Shown here in pieces: positions 47,623 to 56,685 of a stretch of DNA of 64,000 nucleotides. Under the pieces are notes generated by a model. The model saw only the letters and a program-made list of their open reading frames with translations. It made no database searches and was not told the origin of the DNA. Numbering within the stretch: position 1 is the stretch's first letter; each line of letters begins with the position of its first letter. The stretch is from the sequence record PZ386966.1; one strand, given 5' to 3'. Position numbers and translations under genes: made by a program. Source of the DNA: a phage.

Positions 47623-48355
47623 GAAACTGTTACGCTCTTGTTAGTTCTGTTAAGGAACTGTTAAGACCTTTGAAGGGTTGTTAAGAAGATGTGAGAACTG
47701 TTAAGAGATTGTTAAGGATATTTTAAAATTTTGCAAAGGGGGTGTTAAGGAGCTGTTAAGGGCTACCAAGCAGATATACATCTTCTACAGATATTTTTCA
47801 GTTCCTTCAAAGACCCTGAAAAATGACTTGACAGTCTTATTTTATAAAAATTTTAAAATTCTGAATAATTACCTATACAGTCTTTTAAAAATACAGGCAT
47901 AAACAGGCTTATAAGATACCTTGTTAGTACCGTGTTAGACCTTGTGAGATAAGGTCTGTGAAGATATTCCTGTTAAGTTTGTTAAAACAGTCTATATAGA
48001 GGTTTAGTAGTACCTAGTGAACACCTATAGAGAGTATCATAGCTGACATAGAGATTAAGAGGTGTATAGGGGCTTCTAAGAGGCTATAGAGAGATGGTTA
48101 AGGTGATTGTATAGGTTGTTAAGAAGGCTTGTTAGAAGAGTGTTTAGAAGGGCTATACAGAGGGGCTATTAAGACCACTAGATAGATACTAAGATACTAT
48201 ATAGTACTATATAACTATATAGAGAGTAAGATTAAGAAGGTTGTTAAGAAGGGTAGATATTTTATTCACATATGATGGTGACCCAGAGGTTGGGACAACC
48301 GATGAAATTTTATAAAAATTAAAAAGCCCCCAATTAAGGAGGCTCTTAAGATATT

Positions 48356-48949
48356 TTAAATCAGTGTTTCCAGAACTGTTTTTAGTGACGACTTGGTTGT
48401 CTGATAAAAATGAGTAAATCCATTGTTATTATCGAATACCTGCATCATGATATCATCACCCTTGATTGGGTAAACTCGGATATCGTAGTGAAATCCATTA
48501 AAGACACAAGAACCACTACAGAATGCTCTAAAGTCATCTACTGAGATATACTCTTCATGACCTGTGGTTTTTATACAAACACCTTTACTCGGTCTCTTAG
48601 GGTTGATATCTTCCATCACAGACATACTCTGTCCACCAAGAGATACCATAGTAACCACTTTACGGTTCTTCTGTTTAAAGTACATCTTAACTTTCTGTAA
48701 GGTGTCTTCATAGAACGGATAAGACCTTTCTACAAAGATTCCTTCAAGTGGCTCTTTACCATTTTCAACTTCTCGGTTGTGCCGTACTGCAAAGATAATT
48801 TGTTGGAACCAGTCAAAATTTTCTTCAGATAGTGCTTCCCGAACATCAGACCAATCAAGGACTAGGTAGTTACCTTCAACTTCTTTTAAGTTATCTTTTT
48901 CCATATCTATCACACCATTATCGTAAAACTTGGTAATCTGGGACTGCAA
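48356..48949 (-). CDS. hypothetical protein
   Basis: 197 aa ORF; hairpin + T-run downstream on minus strand (~48318-48345). Confidence 0.45.
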   Translation of the reverse strand: MQSQITKFYDNGVIDMEKDNLKEVEGNYLVLDWSDVREALSEENFDWFQQIIFAVRHNREVENGKEPLEGIFVERSYPFYEDTLQKVKMYFKQKNRKVVTMVSLGGQSMSVMEDINPKRPSKGVCIKTTGHEEYISVDDFRAFCSGSCVFNGFHYDIRVYPIKGDDIMMQVFDNNNGFTHFYQTTKSSLKTVLETLI

Positions 48950-49382
48950 ACTTGTTGTCTTTGTTTTTAATGAGGTCTTCTTTTGTTACAAAGAATGTAA
49001 GCCCACATAAGTGTGTATGGTGGCTATCATACTCAAATACTTTAAGTAAGTATTCACCGTCATCATAAACATGCTCTACTACACCTTTTGCAACAACCTT
49101 TCCAGTCTTGAAATCTTTAAGTGGGTATACATTTCCAACTTTAGGGACTGTTTTCATCTCAGGTTCTTTTAGTTTCTCACCAGCTTCTACATCACCTAGA
49201 AGATGAGAACTTTCAAAAGCTACATATTGCATATAAGCCTCTGAGCAATCCCAGATAAAACAATGTACAAGAGCCTTAGCAGCATGTCTTGAACAATTCA
49301 ACTTATCGCAAATCTCTTTGTACATTTCATCTTTAGTTGAGTTGTCGAGCATTGCTTTTCGAACTGTTTCTTTAACTTTCAT
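48918..49382 (-). CDS. hypothetical protein
   Basis: 154 aa ORF. Confidence 0.45.
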   Translation of the reverse strand: MKVKETVRKAMLDNSTKDEMYKEICDKLNCSRHAAKALVHCFIWDCSEAYMQYVAFESSHLLGDVEAGEKLKEPEMKTVPKVGNVYPLKDFKTGKVVAKGVVEHVYDDGEYLLKVFEYDSHHTHLCGLTFFVTKEDLIKNKDNKFAVPDYQVLR

Positions 49383-49800
49383 AAGCTCTCCGAATAACCC
49401 TATTAAGCATCTCTAAAGTCAGCTTTCCAGATTCTAAATGTGGCATAATAAGTTTTAAAGCTTTTTCAACATCATGCACAACATCTATTATACCTTCTTC
49501 ATAGGCTTCTACAAGGATATCTTTTACATTTTGTGATTTACCTTTTTGTGGTATCACTAGACGCATATCAAACTCATTTGCTTGAGGATGGTTCTTACCT
49601 TGCCAATAACCGTCTTTGTTAAAGCTGATGTAGTCACCATGATAAAAGTGTACACCATTAGCTTTAAACTTTTCCAGCACAAGGCATTGAATGGGGTATT
49701 CAGTATTCCAATCCCTAACTCCTATAGCCTTCACTGTTGCGATATACTTCTGTGTTTTTGCATCTATGATGTCAAGTTCTTGACCAGCTATGATTTGCAT
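49372..49800 (-). CDS. hypothetical protein
   Basis: 142 aa ORF. Confidence 0.45.
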   Translation of the reverse strand: MQIIAGQELDIIDAKTQKYIATVKAIGVRDWNTEYPIQCLVLEKFKANGVHFYHGDYISFNKDGYWQGKNHPQANEFDMRLVIPQKGKSQNVKDILVEAYEEGIIDVVHDVEKALKLIMPHLESGKLTLEMLNRVIRRAYES

Positions 49801-49854
49801 ATTCGCTACCTTCTAAGTTCCTACAAAGGGGCTATCAAGTAACCCCTAAAGCTA

Positions 49855-50079
49855 CTACTCAGACTTTTCAGTCTTCTTATCGGATTTCTTACTAGTCTTC
49901 TTCTCAGCTTTCTGTTCAGGTTCCTTCTCAGAAGTTGCCTTGATAACCATATCAAGAAGCTCTGATAAGTCACTCTTCAGCAAAGTAACAGGCTGCTCAT
50001 TGTAGAAGTTTTTGTCAAGATAAACTTTGAGCTCTTCTATAGAAGGAAATCCAAAAATTGGTACAGGTGTCTTAATCAT
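49855..50079 (-). CDS. hypothetical protein with lysine-rich C-terminus
   Basis: 74 aa ORF. Confidence 0.35.
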   Translation of the reverse strand: MIKTPVPIFGFPSIEELKVYLDKNFYNEQPVTLLKSDLSELLDMVIKATSEKEPEQKAEKKTSKKSDKKTEKSE

Positions 50080-50155
50080 TACTTAGTTTCTCCATAGGCA
50101 TCTTTCAAGATTGCCTTGTTAATCATTTCAGCGATTGCAAAACGAACACATACAG

Positions 50156-50659
50156 CTATAATTGTAGGTTGCATTCTTTACTTACCTCTTCAAGTTTAAC
50201 CTCAGAATCCTTAAGTCGTTTCTTATGAACTCTGAATCTCATTAGTGAGATGATGATACCAACTAAAGGAACAGCATACAAGTACCAAACATCATATACC
50301 TTTGCAGTAATCTGTGTAATGGTTAAATCTTGAGCTACGGAACTAATTACTGATACTGCCAGCAACGTTGCTAAGAAAAATGCCAGTACCATTACCGTAC
50401 TTAAACAACCTCTGGCATGGTGTTCATGCTTAATGCACTTATTCTTCTCGTCAACAACCCTGTTGTAGTCATTTGTAAAGTCTCTGTAGAAAGCTTTCAA
50501 GTATTCTTTATTGTAGCCTTCAAAGCAACCTGTACCGTACCAATAATCACCACCAAAATGTGCTATGATACCGGTATCCCCATTTGGTTTGGTTACTCTC
50601 AAAGAGGTGTGATGACGAGTATCTTGATAGTCTATTTTGTATCTTTCTTCGTAAATCAT
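50156..50659 (-). CDS. membrane protein (two predicted TM helices)
   Basis: Hydrophobic segments VMVLAFFLATLLAVSVI and AVPLVGIIISLM. Confidence 0.4.
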   Translation of the reverse strand: MIYEERYKIDYQDTRHHTSLRVTKPNGDTGIIAHFGGDYWYGTGCFEGYNKEYLKAFYRDFTNDYNRVVDEKNKCIKHEHHARGCLSTVMVLAFFLATLLAVSVISSVAQDLTITQITAKVYDVWYLYAVPLVGIIISLMRFRVHKKRLKDSEVKLEEVSKECNLQL

Positions 50660-50874
50660 TTCCCAACCCCTCTCAATCGTTTATTCCACTCAAGGTCAAC
50701 AAGTCTTTGCAGGACTTTCCCTCTAGGTGTTACACCTTTTAAATCTGCATCGTAGCAACGGTAAAAGTCACCTTCAGCGTGTTTACCATAGCACTTTCTT
50801 ATATTCTGACTTCTACGATATTGCTCTAACAGGGACAGTTTGTAGTAATCTTCAACTGTAGTTAGCTTTTTCAT
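50656..50874 (-). CDS. hypothetical protein
   Basis: 72 aa ORF. Confidence 0.35.
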   Translation of the reverse strand: MKKLTTVEDYYKLSLLEQYRRSQNIRKCYGKHAEGDFYRCYDADLKGVTPRGKVLQRLVDLEWNKRLRGVGK

Positions 50875-50957
50875 TCTTTCACCATGAATCCTCTTAAGAA
50901 ACTAAAAAGGGAACTACCTCTCGATAGCTCCCATCATAGTTAATGTTGTATATTCGG

Positions 50958-51539
50958 TCAAGAGTATTTTTTAGGCAGTAATGCACTGCGCTTGTTACTC
51001 TCTTCACTCAATAGTGCGATAAACTCATCACCTTTCCCTTTCCACGGGCTGAATGTAGGGATGTGCTCTCTGATAGCATCAATCACTGTTTTCAGGGCGT
51101 TGTTCTTTAACCACCAATCAGATACCGCTGAAGCTACAATGTAGTAAGCGCCGTCATCTGTGAAGATTGGCTCAGAGATACATGGTGAAATCATGGTAGT
51201 AATGATAGAACCATTATTCATGTAGTATGTTCTTTTTTCAACCTTGTCAAGAAGCTTGTGAAGGTCTGCAAAGAGACTTACCACCTCTTTATGGTCAATA
51301 TCTTTTTCAAGATTTGCTCTGTACTTTAATAGTGCAGCATCAACCTCTTTATCATTGAATTTGAAGTACTGGACTTCTTCATTCACACATACACTGATAT
51401 TGTTAGTGTTTATCGTCAATTTGCACAGTTTGACTGGAGAGTTGATGTTGGTCTGAAAAAGTGCTACACAGCCTTCTACATTTCCGAAATGTTTTACTAA
51501 TGTAACTTCTGGTTGGATGTGTTCATGCTCTTCTGACAT
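50958..51539 (-). CDS. hypothetical protein
   Basis: 193 aa ORF. Confidence 0.45.
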   Translation of the reverse strand: MSEEHEHIQPEVTLVKHFGNVEGCVALFQTNINSPVKLCKLTINTNNISVCVNEEVQYFKFNDKEVDAALLKYRANLEKDIDHKEVVSLFADLHKLLDKVEKRTYYMNNGSIITTMISPCISEPIFTDDGAYYIVASAVSDWWLKNNALKTVIDAIREHIPTFSPWKGKGDEFIALLSEESNKRSALLPKKYS

Positions 51540-51883
51540 TATAGTTTCCTCATTAAATACTTTTTAAGTTGTGTGTTAGGTTTCTCAAAAACTTCTATAG
51601 AAGATATCTTGACAGACTCACCACGCATACCTGTATGTTTAAATATGTAATATTCTAACATTCCTATGTACTTTGCTGGTAAGTCATGTTTGACATACAC
51701 TGTTACAGAATCTTCAAATTCAACAACCTTTGTACCATCCTTGTAGTTAAACTCTCTAGGGTGGTTGTAGTTATCAATGTCATACATTAAAAAGAGTCTT
51801 TTCCGTTGCATGTCAAGCTTATTGGTTAAAGACTCTTTGATGTCTGAGAAGTTTTTGTATACTGTGACATGGAGCTTACTCAT
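51539..51883 (-). CDS. hypothetical protein
   Basis: 114 aa ORF. Confidence 0.45.
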   Translation of the reverse strand: MSKLHVTVYKNFSDIKESLTNKLDMQRKRLFLMYDIDNYNHPREFNYKDGTKVVEFEDSVTVYVKHDLPAKYIGMLEYYIFKHTGMRGESVKISSIEVFEKPNTQLKKYLMRKL

Positions 51884-52169
51884 CGTTAAACTCTCTGACG
51901 AAGAAATAGTTGACTTTATTATTACCTACCATAAGGTCAAAGCAGGTATTCTCAAAAGGTTTGTTGTAGGCATCGTATGAAGTGTACGTATCAGCTACTT
52001 GTTTAGTATTGAGCTTTTTACTTGATGGGTTTAAGAGGCCACCATACAGTTTCTTGATAGCCTCTTCTACAACAGACCAGATAATTTCGTCAGTAATTTC
52101 TTCGTACAGGTCAAGTTCACGCTCTAGTGAGAAGTCACAAATAGGGAAGATAACCTGTACTTTGCTCAT
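51876..52169 (-). CDS. hypothetical protein
   Basis: 97 aa ORF. Confidence 0.4.
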   Translation of the reverse strand: MSKVQVIFPICDFSLERELDLYEEITDEIIWSVVEEAIKKLYGGLLNPSSKKLNTKQVADTYTSYDAYNKPFENTCFDLMVGNNKVNYFFVREFNDE

Positions 52170-52567
52170 TAACGAATAACCTGTGAAACTTGAATTGCTT
52201 CAGTTACAGACAAATCACCAACTTTCTCTTCTTTGATGAAAGTAAAGGTGAGTTCAACAGGTTCTTGCTCTTCTTGCTCAACTGGAATACCATTAAGCTC
52301 ATCAAAGATTGATTGGGTAGTCCAGTCTTCTCCACCATCTGGGTAGTGGATTGCGTAAAGAGGGAACTCCCTGTCAAACCAACCAAATACAGGACAACCA
52401 TCTTCATCATCTCGTACTCGATGAAGTGTGCTTCCAGACCCTGTAAACTGAAGGAATAAATCTCCGTTGCACTTGTATATTACTGCATCGGCAAAACCTA
52501 TATCTTCTCGACCATCATAGCCAAACGTGTCAACTTTTACTTGGATATCTCTAACATCTTTATTCAT
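52169..52567 (-). CDS. hypothetical protein
   Basis: 132 aa ORF. Confidence 0.45.
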   Translation of the reverse strand: MNKDVRDIQVKVDTFGYDGREDIGFADAVIYKCNGDLFLQFTGSGSTLHRVRDDEDGCPVFGWFDREFPLYAIHYPDGGEDWTTQSIFDELNGIPVEQEEQEPVELTFTFIKEEKVGDLSVTEAIQVSQVIR

Positions 52568-52958
52568 AAAAACCTCTCTCTGCTTGTTCGATTTTTGCTC
52601 TTAAAGTTTCGCAATGATGTAGGTGGTAGTTAGCTTCTTGTTCATGTGTTGCTAACTGCCTTTCCAGAACAGTTTTATAGTAACCTGCAAGTTGCTCTTT
52701 TGTCAACGGGTGTTCTGAAATAATATCAAGTCCACTTTCGCCAAGAGGGTTGAATTGTCCATGCTCATTGACATTGTAAGTCTCAAACTTGAACAGACCA
52801 TTGTTCACAGACTCAATAGGCGACAGCTCAACAAGCTCTACAGTAAACCGTGTATATACCTTGTCACCTCTTGAAACCACATTGTTTCCGACAATGCGTA
52901 CAAGCGAGCCATTACGAGTGTACTTAAAAGTTCCAAAGTCACTAGCCCAAAGTTTCAT
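52560..52958 (-). CDS. hypothetical protein
   Basis: 132 aa ORF. Confidence 0.45.
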   Translation of the reverse strand: MKLWASDFGTFKYTRNGSLVRIVGNNVVSRGDKVYTRFTVELVELSPIESVNNGLFKFETYNVNEHGQFNPLGESGLDIISEHPLTKEQLAGYYKTVLERQLATHEQEANYHLHHCETLRAKIEQAERGFYE

Positions 52959-52969
52959 AGTTTTCTCCT

Positions 52970-52999
52970 TAGAAAATAAAAAAGGCTCCCGAAGGAGCC
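52970..52999 (-). terminator. intrinsic terminator downstream of lysozyme gene
   Basis: GGCTCC-TTCG-GGAGCC hairpin with T-run on minus strand. Confidence 0.6.
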
Positions 53000-53009
53000 T
53001 ATGAAGATA

Positions 53010-53474
53010 TTACTTTGGATATACACTGTCAAGATAAATGTCAGCTTCCATTCTACGTCTGTTTTTCAGGCCGTTTGAAGTGACCTTCTTACCTTTTACT
53101 GTAACCTTGTTCCACCACTGCATAGCTTCTGCACAACCGACCTTATTACCAGCATTGTGGCGCTTGATAAATGTAGAGTCCTGCATAGCTGTGATACCAA
53201 TGTTGTATGTTTCACTTACAAGTGCATCAAACTCATTCTGAGAAGTTGGAACCTTGATGGCTTTGTTCACTGCTGCAACGAACTTTTCAACATCTGCAAG
53301 AAGATACTGTTCAGCTTGTTCAGCGGTAATCTTCATACCCATCTTAACAGGTTTTCCGTCAATACGGATTGTCCCATACCCGATTGTTGGGATTCCGGCA
53401 GAGTCTTCGTAAGCCTCTAACTTCAGACCTTCAAAGAACTTAATAGCCTCTAAACCTTTTCTTGAGAGTTGCAT
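53010..53474 (-). CDS. lysozyme (T4 e-type, GH24 family) endolysin
   Basis: LEAIKFFEGLKLEAYEDSAGIPTIGYGT catalytic-region signature. Confidence 0.85.
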   Translation of the reverse strand: MQLSRKGLEAIKFFEGLKLEAYEDSAGIPTIGYGTIRIDGKPVKMGMKITAEQAEQYLLADVEKFVAAVNKAIKVPTSQNEFDALVSETYNIGITAMQDSTFIKRHNAGNKVGCAEAMQWWNKVTVKGKKVTSNGLKNRRRMEADIYLDSVYPK

Positions 53475-54607
53475 TATGCCTCCCCTGCTGGACTAACTGT
53501 AACTGTCGCTGCATTAGATGTTACAGAACCACCTGCACCAGTAACTACACAGGTGTAGCTTCCTGAATCAGCAGCGGTTGCACCTTCTTTGGTGTAAGTT
53601 GCAGTAGTTGCATCGAGGATATCTTCCTCACCTTTCTTCCACTGGTAACCTGTTGCACCTGTTGCCACAACATTCAGTGTTAAGGTCTCACCTTCATTGA
53701 TTTCTTGATTGGTTGGCTGTTGAGTGATTACTGGAAGTGCATTCACAGTAACTGTTGCAGCGTTAGACGTTACAGAGCCACCTGCACCTGTTACAATGCA
53801 AGTGTATGAACCTGCATCTGCTGGCAGAGCACCAGACTTGCTATAGGTAGCATTTGTAGCTGAAGGAATGTCAGAGCCATCTTTCTTCCATTGGTAACCT
53901 GTTGCACCTGTTGCAGTAACTGCTAAGTTGATGTTTCCACCTTCATTAATAGTCTGGTTAGAAGGTTGCTTGGTAATCACAGGTAGTGCGTTAACAGTAA
54001 CTGTTGCCGCATCTGAGGTAACGCTTGTTCCAGCCTCTCCAGATACAACACAAGTGTATGAACCAGCATCAGAAGGTACTACAGACTGTTTTGTGTAGGT
54101 TGCAGATGTGGCGCTAGTGATATCCTCACCATCTTTTTTCCATTGATATCCAGTGGCATTAGTTGCAATAACGCTTAGGTTAAGTGTACCACCTTCATTT
54201 ACTGTTTGATTGGTTGGTTGCTGAGTGATTGATGGTGGCTTGATAGCATCCTTCAACTTAGCATTCAACATTGAGAATGGTTTAACTCTTGCCAGCCATT
54301 CACAATAAACTGTATCAACATCTTTACCATTGATAATTGCATATTGCAAGTCCATGAAGAAGTCAGACGTTCTCATTTGAGCACCAACGCTGTAAAGCAA
54401 CTCATCACTAAATGGAACTTTGTAGTCTGGTTTGTAGTCAAACTTCTCAACTTCTGCAATATCAGCTTCAGGCCAATACGAACTATAGGTAAGTGGTAAA
54501 ATAGCCTCTTGATATGTTCTAAAATCATATCTCTTACCAGCCTTTACGTTCGCAACGAAGCCCTTCACAAACTCTTTGAAGTCTGGGTAAGTCTTTGCTT
54601 TAATCAT
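53474..54607 (-). CDS. protein with three tandem Ig-like repeats
   Basis: Three ~85-aa near-identical repeats (..QPTNQTINEGG..ATGYQWKKDG..SYTC(V/I)VTGAGGSVTS..ATVTVNA); N-terminal domain paralogous to 54604-54975. Confidence 0.6.
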   Translation of the reverse strand: MIKAKTYPDFKEFVKGFVANVKAGKRYDFRTYQEAILPLTYSSYWPEADIAEVEKFDYKPDYKVPFSDELLYSVGAQMRTSDFFMDLQYAIINGKDVDTVYCEWLARVKPFSMLNAKLKDAIKPPSITQQPTNQTVNEGGTLNLSVIATNATGYQWKKDGEDITSATSATYTKQSVVPSDAGSYTCVVSGEAGTSVTSDAATVTVNALPVITKQPSNQTINEGGNINLAVTATGATGYQWKKDGSDIPSATNATYSKSGALPADAGSYTCIVTGAGGSVTSNAATVTVNALPVITQQPTNQEINEGETLTLNVVATGATGYQWKKGEEDILDATTATYTKEGATAADSGSYTCVVTGAGGSVTSNAATVTVSPAGEA

Positions 54608-54975
54608 TTCTTTTTAGCCTCTAAATGTGCGTTTAGTCTAAAATAACCTTTGTGATGCGGAGATACATCACCAACAACAATACCTTTAACCTTATAGCCT
54701 TTACCAATTACATACTGGATATCCATAAGGAATCTTCCAAGTCCAACAATATGGAACATTGGGTATAATAGGTTCTCAGAATCTGGAATATTGATTTCAG
54801 GTTTGTAGGTACGCTGTTCGCTTGTTGGTGTAATATCTTCTTCAGGCCATTTACTGAGTCTCCATGTCAAAGGTGTTGGGATAACATCATTAAGGCTGTA
54901 CCTTTCACCATTTTGCACGGAATTGATATAGGATTGTAGGAAGCAATAAAAGTCTTTTGCACTCTTAGCTTTCAT
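54604..54975 (-). CDS. paralog of N-terminal domain of the Ig-repeat protein
   Basis: MKAKSAKDFYCFLQSYINSVQNGERY vs MIKAKTYPDFKEFVKGFVANVKAGKRY; FLMDIQYVI vs FFMDLQYAI. Confidence 0.5.
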   Translation of the reverse strand: MKAKSAKDFYCFLQSYINSVQNGERYSLNDVIPTPLTWRLSKWPEEDITPTSEQRTYKPEINIPDSENLLYPMFHIVGLGRFLMDIQYVIGKGYKVKGIVVGDVSPHHKGYFRLNAHLEAKKK

Positions 54976-55022
54976 TAAGTATCCTTATAAATAGTTAAAG
55001 GGGCATCAGCCCCTATTCACAC

Positions 55023-55613
55023 TTAAGCTTTGGTCTTAAGTAGGTTCTTAAGTTTTTTAAGATTCATACTCTCATCAAACTTAAAACCAAATCCATTGAC
55101 ATAATCAATGAACTCGGATTTCTTACTGAGTGACAATGCGTAACTCATATCAAAGTTCTTACTTGTTTCTGCGTCTGGACTAGAGTTCACATCAAATGAA
55201 ATTTCCGTAGGCTCTTGCTTACTTTTTCTCATATTATCAACCAACAAACATGTATAGTTTGCTGGATAGAAATTTACACTACCATCAACGTAGCTGTACT
55301 TATTATTATGGATAAGGTTGGAAAATACCTTAAGGAATGTTTCTGAGTCGTGGCAAACAAGTTTGAATTGGCTGCTCTCTCCAAGCGCAACTAATGAGTA
55401 CGGACTTTCACTATCAAAGTCATAATTTTGATTCGATGCCGTTACTGTTACACGCATCAAGTTATTAGCAATAGTCTTCTGTTTAAAAGAATTTTGAACA
55501 TAGTGAAGACCTCTATCACACTGATTGACTAGCTCTTTAAGCAGGTCATTTGCATATGGTGAATTAATTGATACAGAGCCATCACTATTGTAATTAAAAC
55601 TTACTGTTAACAT
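55023..55613 (-). CDS. hypothetical protein
   Basis: 196 aa ORF. Confidence 0.45.
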   Translation of the reverse strand: MLTVSFNYNSDGSVSINSPYANDLLKELVNQCDRGLHYVQNSFKQKTIANNLMRVTVTASNQNYDFDSESPYSLVALGESSQFKLVCHDSETFLKVFSNLIHNNKYSYVDGSVNFYPANYTCLLVDNMRKSKQEPTEISFDVNSSPDAETSKNFDMSYALSLSKKSEFIDYVNGFGFKFDESMNLKKLKNLLKTKA

Positions 55614-55840
55614 TTTTCAGTTCTCCTGCGGTTTATAATTTTGCTGCAATAGAGAAACGAAGTAAACTCACTGGAAGAAACCATTAAGTGTTGTTCACTA
55701 GATTGAGCCATTGCCCTGAAATACATTCCAGTCAAAGCATCATAGTGACTATTCTTTCCAATTGAGGTTATATAGCCATGACTCTTTGCAGTTTGATATA
55801 AATCTATAATATCTGCGATTTCTAATTGGGAACTACACAT
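55607..55840 (-). CDS. hypothetical protein
   Basis: 77 aa ORF. Confidence 0.35.
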   Translation of the reverse strand: MCSSQLEIADIIDLYQTAKSHGYITSIGKNSHYDALTGMYFRAMAQSSEQHLMVSSSEFTSFLYCSKIINRRRTEKC

Positions 55841-56081
55841 AGATAATCCTCTTGTCTTCTGTAATTTTGAAAGAACAGGTACAGACCAATTTCAGAGGAC
55901 GAATAGTAGATTAATTCTACCCTTTTTGATTCCTTACAGTGATTGGTATTCTTACCTTTCTTCGGTTTATTTGATTTTCTCATTAAGTCTCCTTTGTAGA
56001 ACAAGGCAGACCTACAGCTTTAAGTAAGATGGTACAGTAATCCATACAACAAGTCAAGAACTATTGCAAGTTAAAAAAGTT

Positions 56082-56105
56082 GTTGACAAAGTACTTGACA
56101 AGGTG
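56082..56105 (+). promoter_or_regulatory. conserved promoter-like motif GTTGACAAAGTACTTGACAAGGTG at divergent junction
   Basis: 23/24 identical to motif at 10209-10232. Confidence 0.45.
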
Positions 56106-56232
56106 TAGGCTTATAAATACTTAGAAGATAACTTAAAAGGTTCCTCTAAAAAGGCTATTTAAACAGATATCTTTCTGGATATCTATCTTTTATCTTAAAA
56201 GCCTTTTAAGAGGTCTTATAAGAGGCATACCA

Positions 56233-56604
56233 ATGAAAAACAGAACAAACAAAGGCCAGTTTAAAAAAGGCCAATCTGGAAACCCATCTGGAAGACCAAA
56301 AGGCTCTCGTAACAAAAGCTCACTTGTAAAAGCTCAACTGACCATTGATAATTCTGCTGAGTTTGCTGCAAAGTTGTTTGAGGCGGTTGTTACAAGGGAT
56401 GCTGCTAAGCTTGCAGAGTTCGGTTTGACGACTGACGATGTAAACCTGAAGTCGATGATGGAGGCTGGTAAAACCATCATGACTCACTCAGCAGGTGAGA
56501 TGAAAGCGATTGCAGCAGACACTAAGAAGACCCCTGATAATGGTGGTCAGTCTCAGACAGATAACAAACCAACGTTCTCTGCTGTAGCGACTCTCAAAAA
56601 ATAA
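56233..56604 (+). CDS. hypothetical protein with basic GNPSGRPKG N-terminal motif
   Basis: 123 aa; FKKGQSGNPSGRPKGSRNK N-terminus. Confidence 0.45.
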   Translation: MKNRTNKGQFKKGQSGNPSGRPKGSRNKSSLVKAQLTIDNSAEFAAKLFEAVVTRDAAKLAEFGLTTDDVNLKSMMEAGKTIMTHSAGEMKAIAADTKKTPDNGGQSQTDNKPTFSAVATLKK

Positions 56605-56685
56605 TTTTAAAAGGTGTTGACAGACTCTACAAAGTTGCTCTAAAGTCTGTCACATCAACAAACAAATGAGAGAAGAGAGTAAAAT

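Larger units (their letters stand above)
46730..48320. repeat. 1.6-kb non-coding repeat-dense region (YTGTTAAG, CTATAAAG/CTATACAG word families)
   Basis: No ORF of 60 aa or more on any frame; dozens of TGTTAA(G)/TTGTTAG copies, densest 47450-47760. Confidence 0.7.

Noticed and set aside
46730-48320. Possible CRISPR array in the repeat-dense non-coding region
   Set aside because: Repeats are short degenerate words at irregular spacing, not 25-40 bp identical direct repeats separated by unique spacers of constant length.
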